DNA of 64,000 nt from Eledone cirrhosa (lineage: Eukaryota): NCBI GenBank assembly GCA_964016885.1, contig OZ024743.1, forward strand, positions 7,998,001-8,062,000, written 5' to 3'. The notes below the pieces were generated by a model. It saw only the letters and a list, made by a program, of their open reading frames with translations, did no database searches and was not told the DNA's origin. Numbering within the stretch: position 1 is the first letter of the stretch; every line of letters starts with the position of its first letter. This document shows positions 15,328 to 29,026 of this stretch, piece by piece. A program made the translations under genes and the position numbers.

Positions 15328-15596
15328 TGTGTGACAGAGTCAGCCGTATATATAATTGTTTCTACTTTTGGTACAAGGCCAGCAATAACCCCAGTACATT
15401 ACTGGTACTTTATTTTATCGACCCCGTAAGAATGAAAGGCAAAATTAACCTCAGCTGGATTTGATCCTGTTGATGTTAACTTTGCCTTTCATCTTCACGG
15501 AGTCGGTAAAATAAAGTACCAGTAATGTACTGGGGTTATTGCTGGCCTTGTACCAAAAGTAGCAACAATTATATATAAGGCTGACTGTCACACACA
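15328..15596. repeat. Head-to-head palindrome of two SINE 3' halves, including mirrored flanks
   Basis: Arms meet at ~15465. The flanks gtgacagagtcagccgtatata and tatataaggctgactgtcac are also complementary. Confidence 0.85.
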
Positions 15597-15647
15597 AACA
15601 GACATATGTAAAGTCACGAACTCACACATACATGCGTACATTGAAAT

Positions 15648-15739
<92 letters not shown>

Positions 15740-15854
15740 ACATATATATATTATATATTCAATATATATATTATACATAATGAAAGACTGAAAGTTTGGA
15801 AGTTTGGAAGTGGTGGTAGAAGATAAGAATGAATGGTGTAATATTGACATGTGT

Positions 15855-15924
<70 letters not shown>

Positions 15925-16001
15925 CAGTAGCAGCAGCAGCAGTAATAGTAGTTGCAGTAACAGCAGCAGCAGTAGTAGTAGTAGTAGCAGTAGTAGTAGT
16001 G

Positions 16002-16065
<64 letters not shown>

Positions 16066-16154
16066 CAGCAGCAGCAGCAGCAGTAATAGTAGTTGCAGTA
16101 ACAGCAGCAGCAGTAGTAGTAGTAGTAGCAGTAGTAGTAGTAGTAGTAGTAGTA
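15855..16154. repeat. (GTA)n/(GCA)n compound microsatellite with an internal duplication
   Basis: Seen directly. The interruption gtaatagtagttgcagtaacagcagca occurs twice. Confidence 0.95.
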
Positions 16155-17176
16155 TAGAACTATTTAGTACATAGTGTTGTATATAGAGTATATCAGATCT
16201 ATTTATTATACAGTGTTTATAAATAAGACATTTAATATGAAACTGTTGAATTGGTAAAATAAGTTAAAGTCTGTCCCAAGTACAACTGATGCTCATCAGG
16301 TCGGAGTTTATCCCAGTTTTATTGGTGTTAATCAATTGAAAGTACAAGATCCCCTTCCTTGATAGGACATCAGACCATCGCAGGGTTAAAATCTGTCCCA
16401 ACTTCACCTGAGATTTATAAGGCCAGAATTTATCCTAATTTCATATGATGTTGAAGTGACTCAGAGCACACGGTTGATTCCTGGACAGGACACACATTGG
16501 TACTATGGAGAACGGACCCACGATGGTGAGACAGTTTTGTTGATATCGGATGTTACGAAGCAGATCATTAACGAACACATCCGTGCCAGAAATATGCGGC
16601 TCGAGGACCTAGTGGAAGGAAACTTTGAAGTGGAATAACTTTAGCACAGAACACCCCTCCCTCTCCCTCCCTCCCCTTCCCTCTACCTCCCTACCCACTC
16701 TGTCTCTCATTACCAATCCCCACCACCTCTGCTGCCCTCTCTAAAGTACTTCGGATTTTACCACAAAATCATCGTATCACATGTACCATAATAACCCCAC
16801 CCACCTAACGTGTACCACACAAACACCACCAGCCGACACATGTACTATAATAATACCACCCCCACACATGTACAATATTGATACCCCTACCTTTACATGT
16901 CTCCCATAATCACATGCCACATGTACGACAACAACACCACCCACTTCACACAGATACTATATTAACACCACCATCCCACATATGTACCCCAGAATCAGTC
17001 ATATACCATAGAGACTACTCTAATATATTTAGTACATATATACCATACATACCATGCCATTACTGTAGCCCCCCCCCCCACACACACACACACACACGCG
17101 TACCGTACCACTACAGTATCACTACATGTGACACAAAACTATTCTATATTTACTATATATATATGTATATATATAG

Positions 17177-17228
<52 letters not shown>

Positions 17229-18192
17229 CTTTCTCCTTCCTGTCCTTTAAGTATTAGTGTGGGCTTTTCTAAATCTTTCTACGATCATGTAATATGTTGT
17301 AACTACTTTATTTTTCCATTAGTTCCGAATATTTGATATGTCATACAGATGTACAAAATATCAATTACTTTTCTGTATTCTTTTCCTATTTATCTCAATG
17401 TAACTTTTAATATATCTGACAGTGAATAATGTATTGGTTTTGGTAAGAGGAAAGTCGTGATGCTGGTAAATAGGAAAATGAATAAACAAAATGGAGGCTT
17501 TTGAACTGTAATTCCCATATGCTCAAACTTTCTTGAACTCGTTTAACAGGAACAAATATCTTAAAAATCCTTAATTAGGAATCCGAACATTTTGATGTCC
17601 TTATTTATCCATTTGAGATTTTTTTTCTTTGTACATTCTTGAGAAAAGTCATCTAGTATCAGTGGAAGTCATTTAATATTAATTTCTCCTTTATGACGGT
17701 TGGTGTCTGCGAAATTCACTCCATCCACACGTGTGACAAGATTGTAAGAAAAAAGGAGTGAACATTTCCTCGTAGTTGTTTAAATCTGTACTGGGGAGAA
17801 GTTAGTAGTTACGCTGAATTTAATGAAGATTTCCATAAAGCTCGAAATCGCGATAGTCACCTCTTTAAATATGAATTTAAACCGAAAATGTTAATTCAGC
17901 AAAACTAAATATATACGAGCATACGTTTATCTCTTCTCTATAATCATTTGGGAATTATAACATCTCAGAAATATCAGAAAGCTCTAACAATCAAAAGGTC
18001 ACAATTTCAATCTAGTCGAGTTTCATTCAGGTTCTACGAAACAAAATTCTTCACGCCCTATTAAACAGAACGTTTTACAACCGTCAGGATACTAATGTAA
18101 AAGAAAACTGAATATGTATTTTCACACATTTTTTCTTTTTAAATTAATTTATTTTCTTTATATTCTGATATATATTTTTCTGTCGAGTCTGA

Positions 18193-18228
<36 letters not shown>

Positions 18229-18711
18229 ATTAGTATATCTACCAACATATTTATTCAGATGTATACTTACGCTAGCAAAGATATAGGTTTTGTCTTAGTA
18301 ACTTTGTGGTTCAACTCCAAATTATTTTGTTGAGCAAAAATTTGCCTAAATTACTACTATGGTTCATAGTATTAGTTTGGCTACTGTCTTTTTAACACCC
18401 CACTCCTCACTGATTAACCTCAATGTCACGTGATTGATTCTTTTAAATTTGCCACTGACCAGGAAGGCAGTGAAATGTTCAGTGTCTGGGAATTTAGTCC
18501 GCGCTTGCTTTTTTCCATCCACTGAATTATTTTTGTATAACTTCCCGGTGTCCGCGTATTGCCAGGAATCTTAGCCGAGAATGACTCCCTGATGAAGAAA
18601 GGTTTCTCTATGGTCTCCATTTGAAGACTATGTATATCCCTTTTCAGAAACTAATTATTTGGATTGAAATTTAAGTAAGTAAGTTAATTACTATAATTTT
18701 CTTATTTTACG

Positions 18712-18779
<68 letters not shown>

Positions 18780-18821
18780 CTTCAAAATATTAATAAATAT
18801 AGACATTCATGTGATCAAATA

Positions 18822-18888
18822 TATTTTGTCATATATATTTCAGAGGTATTGTGCTGTTTCCTCAGTACGTCCTCATCAGATAAAATAA
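18822..18888 (-). ncRNA. Degenerate hammerhead ribozyme in a short cassette between (TA)n tracts
   Basis: TATTTTAT-CTGATGA-GGAcGTA...TACCTCT-GAAA-TATATA-TG-ACAAAATA. The cleavage-site base is G, which is non-canonical. Confidence 0.55.
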
Positions 18889-18974
18889 ATTGATGTCTGA
18901 CATACCTCAACTGTGCTGATGGTTCAATTCCAGTCTTGTTTAACTTTTGGTCATATATATATATATATATATAT

Positions 18975-21193
18975 AGTTTTGCGAGGTTTTTTATATGAAA
19001 TTGTGTGTCGAAACAAATATTGTTATACTTGGGGAGGGTCTTATTTGTGTAATATTGCCAGAATTAATAAGAGAACACACTCACTGTTTGGTTGGTTTTC
19101 GCTTCTCGCTTCTGTGTCTTTTATATCGGTAATCTAACTTACTCGGTCCTCAATGTTGCCATTGACTGACCGACGGTCAAAAATAATACAGATACAATAT
19201 AGACACAAACACATATACATAGTTTATCATAAATCTTTCGTTGCACATCTGCAACATCGTCAGTGGTGCTATATTTTCCTCCTGTTGTATTGTATGTCTA
19301 CGCCATTTTTATTCAGTCTGTCTATATATTTATTTACTTATTTGCTTGTTTGTTTATTTTATTTTGTCTTCTTTGCGCATGCGTTTGCGTGTGTGTATAG
19401 TGTTTTGTTTGCTGTGTGATGGGTGACTAGTGTGTGTTTATGTGCTTGTTGTTATTGTGCTTGTGTATGTATTTATTTATTTATTTTATTTTATTTACTT
19501 ATTTATACTTCTCTTAGGTCAGTGTTGTTTGTTTGGGTGTTGTTGTTATTCCATTCATTCTTTCTGTTCAGTCTTGGTCTTCTAATTTCTATTTCACTGG
19601 CCTCTCTGATTTGCCTATCTGCTGGGTCATTTCTATGTTTAGATATTCTAATTTCTATGTTGTCTATGTTACCGTCATGTTGTTGTCTAGCATGTTCGTA
19701 TAGTACTGACCCGTTTTTTCGTCCTTTTAGTTCCCCCCAGTGTTGGTCTATTCTTTCACCTATGCTACGAGCTGTCTCACCTATGTATGTTGTTGTCATG
19801 TTTCTGCAAGTACCCTCTGTACATCTTATGCTATAGACTACGTTTCTAGTTTTACAGTTTATCCGGGGGTTCACCTTACATATGATACATTTCCTATTGG
19901 TACAGTAGGTTTTCTTAAAAGGGTAGGTTATGCTGATCAGGGATTTTATGGTGGTTCCTGGCTTTTCTACCACCTTTATTTTTAAGTGGGTCTTTCTCAG
20001 GGCCTTTCTACACTGGTTAGCTAATTTCCCTCCAGGGTTAGCGTCCACAAACATGACACTCTGGTATCTCTGGTTGTCGTACCATGAGGTGGCTTTCCCT
20101 ATCTTATGTCTATCCCTATCTAAGCTATTCCATGATTTGCTCCTGTATAATGGGCAAATTCCTTTCATGTCCAGTTCTATGAGGTTCTTATACTTCTCCA
20201 TGGCTCCTTCGTATACTCTGACTCTGTCTCTTTGGTTGTAGCCAGAGAACTGCATGCGGTTGATGAAGTGTTGGATGTGTCTTTCCATTTCTGTTGGGTC
20301 GCACATGCGGGACACATTCTTCATCACTCGTACCAAATCTGCGATCAGAATATTAAACTTAGCACTACTGGACATTGCTGAGTTTTTGAGTATCAGGTAT
20401 TTGGAGGCCATGGGTTTAGCATAGTGTGAGTGGAGAATTTGGGCTCTCTCGTCTATAGTGTTAATCCAGATTTCTGTGTCTAATACAGGTAGTCTATTGT
20501 TAGGGTGTTTGGAAGGGAAGTCGATAGTTACAGTTATACTCTGGTGTATGGAATTAGCTATCTGCTGGATGCTTTCCATCGTGCTACGTTCTAAATCAAA
20601 CTTGTTAGTGCTCTCTAGTGGGGGTGTTCTTATAACTATATTGATATCGTCTACATAACGAGAGTACATGATGAGGTCTATGGAGCTCTCATTAAGGAGA
20701 TCTTTAAGTCTCCTTTCTCACCATACCATGAAAAGGTTGGCAACATCACCAGCTATGCTGACGCCGATGGCTGCTCCCTCATTTTTGGTGTAGATTTTCT
20801 CGTTGAACTTAAATATGTGGCCCTTTGGGGTAGTTTTGATACTAGCCCCTATTGCATGTGCGACCATTTTTCTTACCTGATCATTGTTTTGGGGGGTCCG
20901 TATAGCTTTGGTCCACCCAATCCACCTTCCCATGGGAGTCTTTTTTGCCATTGAGGTTATGGTGCGGGGTCTACCTCTTATAGGTCTACTAGGGCAGAAA
21001 CATCTAAGGTCATGGCTGTCTAGGTAGTCAGTGTCGTAGGTAAGTCAATGGCAACATTGAGGACCGAGTAAGTTAGATTACCGATATAAAAGACACAGAA
21101 GCGAGAAGTGGAAACCAACCAAACAGTGAGTGTGTTCTGTTATTAATGCTGGCAATATTACACAAATATGACCCTCCCCAAGTATAACAATAT
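18975..21193 (-). mobile_element. 5'-truncated Penelope-like element (Neptune/Poseidon-like) capped by an inverted copy of its 3' end
   Basis: 19017-19167 is inverted at 21043-21193. (TA)n lies on both sides, with RT and GIY-YIG between. Confidence 0.88.
19503..21030 (-). pseudogene. PLE RT + GIY-YIG ORF, truncated and frameshifted near 20715
   Basis: GAAIGVSIAGDVANLFM, YSRYVDD, LPVLD, a Cys-rich linker, and NVVYSIRC...YIGETARSIGERIDQH. Confidence 0.88.
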
Positions 21194-21214
21194 ATATATA
21201 TATATTTATATATA

Positions 21215-22290
21215 TTCGGCAGAGCTATTCGGATTGTGATACGGCCACCAGATATAATGATTACAATATAAGCGGGCCGGAGCCGGACGAATAATCAACC
21301 CCGAACCAACTGCAGTAAACTACTAGGGGACATGGAACAATGGGTGAGACATGTAGCGCTCAAGAAAACTCTCACAGCCTAGTGATGTAGATATGACGAG
21401 GCGAGTAACGGCCGTCTCTACAAAGGTCTAGTCTTCGCGGGTTTGAGAAAGTACCAGATTGGTGATTGGTGCAAATAAGACTACACCAAAACTGCAATAT
21501 GGTGAGAGGTAAGAAAAAGAATCATACCGCATCGTCCTTCGCGTGGATTAACAAGGGGCGCGTTCAGATCTTAGGTAGAGGGACCTGTTAGGAAAATATA
21601 TTGCAGTCTCCGTTTCATGCCGTAAAAACTGGCGATGGACCTGTAACCTGCCCTGGAAGGCGTGGGATGGGCGCAAAAAGATTGTGTATCCCGATACCTC
21701 AAAGAAGATTCAGAGAGGAACAAACCTTTATAATTGGAACATGGAACATCACAACCCTTACAAGTAAGGAACAAGAACTTGTAGAGGAGGCTAGATGCTA
21801 CCGGCTAGATATAGTCAGGGTTTCGTCAACAAAGTTCCGTGTCTCAGGTACTGTAGATTTGGATGGAGGATGGTAGCTCCACTATGCAGGTGTGGTGCCA
21901 GAAATGACTGCACATGCAGGAGTGGGGATACTCACAAGTTCCTGGCTGTCAATGTGTTATGGACTGGATACCATTAGGAGGGAGGACTTGCCTATTGAAG
22001 CTTAGGCTGAAAGATAGGTCTCTGTTGGTGGTGCTAGTTTATGCACCAAACAAGGAATCTGAATACTGATCCTTCTTTGATGAAGTCACTACAATTTTAA
22101 ATGTAGTTAAGGTAATCATTTATCCTAATAGGAGACTTCAACGCGTATGTTAGCTGATATTGAAAGGAGTGATTGGAAGGAACGGTGATCCTGATCTAAA
22201 TATGAATGGAGAGGTCTTACTAGACTTATGTTCTAGCAATGATCTCTCTATTCTGAACACCCTCCAGCACTGAGACATCCATAAATATAC
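21215..22290 (+). mobile_element. RTE-like LINE 5' portion with degenerate AP endonuclease
   Basis: IGTWNITTL...LDIV..SSTK, AGVGIL, VYAP, IGDFNA and NG..LL..C motifs, with stops. Confidence 0.8.
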
Positions 22291-23658
22291 AAATAAACAG
22301 TCTTACTATGTTATTCACACAGACCTGCTGCTGAATAAAACCTAACTACATCAAAACTGCATGTTATTTGTAGTGATTTTAGTCACAAAATTATTTTAAA
22401 CAAAGATTAAATGTAAAATTTTTAATATGTACTCAAATATTTTAAAATGCTCTAGGGTGTGTTATATGTATTTTTTACTTTAACCTCTAGTTAACCAATA
22501 CCTTGAGAGTAGAACCTATTAAATGGAAAACGTCTGTGTCTCCTATTATGTCTTGTAATTTAGTGGCTCGAGAAATAAAGGTTAAACAATACCAGAATCA
22601 ATATGACTGACTAAAACTTTGATGATATTTGTATGACTACAATCAAATGACTGACTGAAACAAAACAAAAAATAAAATGAAATAAAAATAATTAAAAATA
22701 AAAATAAAAGAATGCACACTTAAGAAGAATGAAATATACAGTGTAAATCAGCAATACCAAAACAAGAGCCTTTTTGCTGTAAATCTACAGTCGAAAGTTA
22801 CGAGTAGATCCATCTTGCTAAGCCAAATTCGAAACTTTCATCTCCTTTTCAAAAGTGTACTCGAAGGCAGGTTCTCTATCTCTAACCTCAATATGCTCTA
22901 TGAGTTGTTGTTAAAAATGTTTGGATTCAGATTTTTCTTCAGACCTTTGAAACGTGTCAGCCATACTACCTCTATTACCGTGACCATGAGACTGTGGAAC
23001 ACTATCTTTCCAAAATAAGTTAGCAGAGCGATCTTTACAACGTAATCTCACAATACTCGACTCCGCCCTACACATGATAACAGCCATTTGACATAAATTA
23101 CTATTTCCTGGACAGTGGAAGACTGAGTGTTGGATTTGGGTCGCTATAGAGCTAGTGAACTTGGGTTATCGTACAACTGGTGAACTTTTCTAGCGGTAAA
23201 ATATATTCTAATTCCCTCTCATATTCGCATATAATCGTATGATGTTATGCTCAAAGGCTGCTGCATTTATCTATAACCCTTTCAGATATAAACTATCAAA
23301 TACAAGCCCTCACGTCTTATATTCTGTTACCTTATCAGGACACTCCCTGATAAATGTTATCACTTAGATTTTCCTAGAGGTCAAATATGTATGATGAGCA
23401 GAACTATCTTCCTTGGTGTGGGTAGTTATCTCATTATCGGTTACATTCGCATTTAAATCTGCATGTTTCCTGATATATCAAATGATAAGATCATTTACCT
23501 CTAATCACGCCATTTACTAACAGAACAATTTGATTACCCTATCTCCTCAGACTTGGATACACACACGCGCAGACACACAGACACACACACATAGACACAC
23601 GCACACACACATATATATGTATATATATATATATATATATATACATGCATATATATAT

Positions 23659-23707
<49 letters not shown>

Positions 23708-23884
23708 GAGAGAGAGAAAGAGAGTGAGAGGGAGAGGGGGTAGTTTACCCTGTATACACGTATTTACTTCTTTCCAGAAGCTCATTCATTACTTCACCAA
23801 TTGAAATATGTATATTTAAAGATTATTATTTCTCAAACTCCAAGGCCGAAATTCTACACATAACGCGTTTTAAATCCAAAATGA

Positions 23885-24108
23885 GGGCGGTGGATTGGCA
23901 GTATCGGTAGAGGGTCGGACGCCATGCTTTGCATCATAGAGTTACGGCCCTTTATAATCTGAGTTCAAATCCAGCCGAGGTTAACTTTGCTTTTCATCCT
24001 TACGAGGTAGATAAAATAAAGTACCAGTCACGCACTGGGGTCGATTTAATCGACTTTTCCCTTCCCTTCAAATTGCTGGCCTTGTGCCTATATAAGAAAC
24101 AATTATTA
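23885..24108 (+). mobile_element. tRNA-derived SINE (octopus OK-like), near full length
   Basis: A box tggcagtatcgg, B box gagttcaaatcc, conserved ...gataaaataaagtaccagt... body, and an (att)n tail. Confidence 0.8.
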
Positions 24109-25224
24109 AATCCCAGATAATCAACAAAACTAAATGAATGCAATAAAACAATGTAATAGTAGTATGATAACAATACATTACTAGTGCCATTTAGACAGAA
24201 AGAAAATATACATTTATGAACAAAACAAAAATCCCCGTATCATTTCAAACATCTCCCGCGAAAGTATAAAAGTTAAAGGATATTAAATTATAACATTAAA
24301 TGCGTTATTATAGGATGAATAACATAAATAATCTGTAAAATCAACGACTGTTTAATTAATTTTAGATGAAAGAAAATTAAATTTTTAAACAACAAAGACC
24401 GAAAGAATACGATCGCGAATACAAGCGGCCGAAATGGGGTTCCTCTGAGGCGTCTTTGGAGTAACGTTACTCCAGGTAGAGCCACTACTTCTCTGAATTG
24501 AGAGATCACAGCTCCGATACTATGGACATGTGGTTACAAAGTCTCAGGAAAGAATCGCCAGACAGAGTAACGTTACTGTATAGAGTGCGTAGGTCGGTGA
24601 TCAGAGAGTCGCTCCAAGTCGAGCCGCTACTTATAAATCAACAATAAAAAAAAAAATGGAACAATTTCTCACTTGCGTTTGGCAGACTGTTTAGCCAAAG
24701 TAATGTTTAGAAGAGTAGGAAGAAGAAATAAATAAATGAGAAGTCGAAGAGAAATTATCTCTTCTAAGCCTTCTTAGAGAATGCCTTTTGCAAAAGGGTC
24801 ATTAGGATCTTATGTTACTGAAAACAAAACAGCAGAAATAGATTCTTGTGTCGCTTTCTTCGAAAGTATCCACCAGTTTATGCCCAGGAAAAAGAAAATC
24901 TTCAATGAGGCAGCCTACAAATAAAGTTTGAAAAAGGTATCTTGTTGAACACAAGATAATGTTAAAACATGAGAAAACAATAACACTGAAGTTGAGCAAA
25001 GAGATACTTTCTTTAAACAAATTTGCGATTCAAAAAGAAAAACGGAATGCATGATGTAAGCATAATCTTTTTCTTCAAAGACCAGTCTCATTAAAATTAC
25101 AATCTGGTAATGAGAGAAATTATCCTCCTTTATAAACTCAGAAAGCTTGACACAGTATCTCTCTCATAACTGCAGCATTAGGGATATGTGATTAGAATAT
25201 CTAAGGGAAGAATCTCTGGAAAGA

Positions 25225-25400
25225 AATATTACAGGTGAACCCAACCAACAGGAGACCTTGTGGTAGACCACGAGCATGATGGTTGGATAATATTCATGAG
25301 CTCGGTTAGTCTCACTTGGGGGTCCAGCCGGATCAATTGGAGAGGATTGCTTTGTATAGGACTCTCAGGAAGGCGTGTCTGAGGGTTAAACTCCCACGAT
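25225..25400 (+). mobile_element. RTE-like LINE 3' fragment followed by (AGA)n(ACA)n
   Basis: Translates as RRPCGRPRA*WLDNI, resembling the RTE C-terminus. Confidence 0.45.
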
Positions 25401-25449
25401 TTTCTTGTGGAAGAAGAAGAAGAAGAAGAAGAAGAAGAAGAAGAAGAAG

Positions 25450-25520
<71 letters not shown>

Positions 25521-25944
25521 AAAGAAGGAGAAGAGACCGTCTTGAAAGAGCGCGTTACATAATGTAGTCTCGATATATTATGTCAGCAAAAAAAATAATA
25601 TTGTCATGACAGGAATGCTTTTAAATACACATTATCATTAGGATTAAGGCGTCGCCAAAGACTGCATCGTAGATTTGTCTGTGCACATTTTTCTTAAGAG
25701 CTAAGCCTCTTTTTTTAAACAGAATATAGAAAAGGGCATTGTGAGTGGGAGGTGATAACATTTGAAAAAAAAAAAATAGAACTTATACAGCAAATATACA
25801 TATATAAGGCAAGGGTGTGTGGTTAAGGGGTTTGTTTGGAACCGCGTGGTTCCAGACTCGAACTCACTGTGTGAGGGCTTGCGCAAGTGTCTTTCACCAT
25901 AGTTTCGGGTTAACCAATGTAATATGACAGTGGGTAAGCGCCGC

Positions 25945-26006
<62 letters not shown>

Positions 26007-26008
<2 letters not shown>

Positions 26009-26114
26009 ATTGTTTCTATTTTAGGCACAAGGCCAGCAATTACCCAGTGCATTATTGGTACTTTATTTTATCGACCCCGTAAGGATGAAAGGCAAAGTCA
26101 ACCTCGGCGGGATT

Positions 26115-26117
<3 letters not shown>
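26007..26117 (-). mobile_element. SINE 3' half in (TA)n
   Basis: Same family as 23885-24108. Confidence 0.8.
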
Positions 26118-26156
<39 letters not shown>

Positions 26157-26212
26157 GTGAGGTTTTTTTTACAAAATGAAAAATAACCGAGGTGTCCTAC
26201 ACGAGTGGAAGT

Positions 26213-26504
26213 ATAAAGAAAAAGGGATGAAATCGAAAATGCAACTGAAGTCTTATTTTTTTTAAAAATATATATATTTATTTGGTTCCTTTACCGGTTT
26301 CGCAGTTCTTCTGCTTTTCAAAAGGTGAGTTGAGATGGAGGGTCTGTGGTTTTTCTCACAGATGTGAGAAAAACCACAGACCCTCCATCTCAACTCACCT
26401 TTTGAAAAGCAGAAGAACTGCGAAACCGGTAAAGGAACCAAATAAATATATATATTTTTAAAAAAAATAAGACTTCAGTTGCATTTTCGATTTCATCCCT
26501 TTTT

Positions 26505-26510
<6 letters not shown>
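26213..26510. repeat. Near-perfect ~148-bp-arm palindrome with a hammerhead-like motif in each arm (26398-26435 on +)
   Basis: Centre at ~26361. Motif reads CCTT-TTGAAAA-GCAG-aagaa-CTGC-GAAA-CCGG-TA-AAGG. Confidence 0.9.
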
Positions 26511-26569
<59 letters not shown>

Positions 26570-26599
26570 CTATATATATATATATATATACAGTATATA

Positions 26600-26661
<62 letters not shown>

Positions 26662-27037
26662 TAATTATACGTACATACATATATGTATACAGACGTACAG
26701 TAGTATGTATATATATACATACATGCACACACATATGTATGTACGTAAGGATTTACCGAGCATTTATTATAATGCTCGGTTTGTTTATGAAATTTCGTTT
26801 CATTTTTTCCATTTATATATATGGTATATATATATATTATGGTCCACCTGGTAAGGAACCAGGTGGACCATAACGCACCAGTGTACTCGATACATAGTGT
26901 AGTTGAGTAAGTAATAGGAACAGATTCAGGACCCCGACGGCTGAGCTCCGGCCGTTTCGACAGCTAGATTTAGCTGTCGAAACGGCCCGAGCTCAGCCGT
27001 TGGGGTCCTGACTCGTTTCATATATATATATATATAT

Positions 27038-27302
27038 GATATTAATAAATGGAAACTATATTTATAAAATTCTATTATATATATTTCAAGGGTACCAAAA
27101 CTTTGGTACGCTCTCATCAGATAAAATACAAAGTTTGTTTTATAAATATTGACATATCCAGGAAGGAGATCTTAACGGTTCAAGTTTTTCCTGGATTAAT
27201 ATCATTGATATTATACTCCAGAAAATCTGTCGAGTGCTTCGAATCAGTTATAAATATATATATTTGTTGAATTACCAACAAATTAAATATCCCTTTTGCT
27301 TA
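27038..27302. mobile_element. Head-to-head PLE 3'-end cassette with an intact hammerhead (~27069-27128, - strand)
   Basis: TATTTTAT-CTGATGA-GAGcGTACCAAA/TTTGGTACcCTT-GAAA-TATATA-TA-ATAGA. The right part 27198-27302 is the reverse complement of 13995-14092. Confidence 0.75.
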
Positions 27303-27536
27303 TATATATAAATATACATATATATACGTGTGTGTCTGTATGTTAGTGCAATGGCATGAGATGGCAAACGTGAGAATGCCCTGTGTTTCGCTCAATCAAG
27401 TTTGTCTTTCGTGCTCCATCAGTGTCAATAAAATAAATATTATACAATGTACTGGAGGTGATATACAATGAACTAAAGCTGTTAAAGAGAGTGCTCTAGT
27501 ATGTTTGCAGTGAACTGAACGGAATTAGTTGAAATA

Positions 27537-27750
27537 TTTGTTTCTACTCTAGGCACAAGGCCAGCAATTTGAAGGGAAGGGGAAAATCGATTAAATTGAC
27601 CCCAGTGCATTACTGGTGTTTTATCGACCCCGTAAGGATGAAAGGAAAAGCTAACCTCTGCAGGATTTGAACTCAGAACGTAAAGGGCCATAACTCTTTG
27701 CTGCAAAGCATGGTGTCTGACGCTCTACCGATACTACCAATCCACCGCCC
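27537..27750 (-). mobile_element. SINE (OK-like), near full length
   Basis: Reverse complement of the 23885 family. Confidence 0.8.
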
Positions 27751-28361
27751 CAGAATCAGTAAAAATAATTTAAAATTTGTACTTATTGTTTTGATTTACA
27801 TTATAGTGTATGTAATATTGTTTTAACTAGTACGAAAAGCGAAATTGCTAATACTTTTTGCAGCATTACTTTTTAATAGTGAATATGGCCGTAAATATAA
27901 ATGTTTTGACTTCCTGTCAATGAGTTGTAGGTTCAAATTTGCTACAGGTGTTTCATTGTAATCAAGGCGATAATTCTAAACTACTTCAATTCACGTGGCC
28001 GTGATAAATAGATTTCAAATCTTCTCAGAATATCACCTGCGACAGACTGGCGTACGATCCAAAAGCACAATTAATCTCACAGGTTTAACGCCCACGAAAC
28101 TTGAATTAAGCCCCAGAGCTATGGACCTGTCGGTTCACGAAAGGTTAACCGAATTATCATTATATTTAAATTCCTCAAATAAATTCTATTTGTATATATA
28201 AGTATTATTGTATATAAGCAAGAAAATGCTTAACTGTCTCATGCTTATTACAGGTTCGTGATTAAATACCAACCGTAACTAATACCAACCGTAACTAATT
28301 CTATTACTTTATTTTTCCACAGGGAAAATGTTACTTTTGTTTGTTACAATAAGACACACAC

Positions 28362-28453
<92 letters not shown>

Positions 28454-28485
28454 ATATACGTGTGTGTATGCTGCATGTATTTATG

Positions 28486-28555
<70 letters not shown>

Positions 28556-28605
28556 CGTGTATGTATGCCTGCATGTATTTATGTCTCTCTCTCTCTCTCT
28601 ATATA

Positions 28606-28710
<105 letters not shown>

Positions 28711-28731
28711 CATATATATATATGTGTATAT

Positions 28732-28804
<73 letters not shown>

Positions 28805-28977
28805 TTATTTCAAATATCTCATCATGAATATACCTGTGCTTTAGTTGACATATGTATATAGCATGTGCATTCATACGCACACACGCACACACACGGACGC
28901 ACGCACACACACACACATATATATACATATATACATACATATAAGCATACATATACACACACGCACACACGTACACG

Positions 28978-29023
<46 letters not shown>

Positions 29024-29026
<3 letters not shown>

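Noticed and set aside
15804-16174. Poly-Val and poly-Ser ORFs
   Set aside because: Read-through of a (GTA)n/(GCA)n repeat.
18426-18620. 64-aa minus-strand ORF as a host exon
   Set aside because: No recognisable homology or convincing splice sites.
21055-21095. TTGAGGA...GATA as the hammerhead of the 19-21 kb PLE
   Set aside because: The core and stems are too degenerate to support a call.
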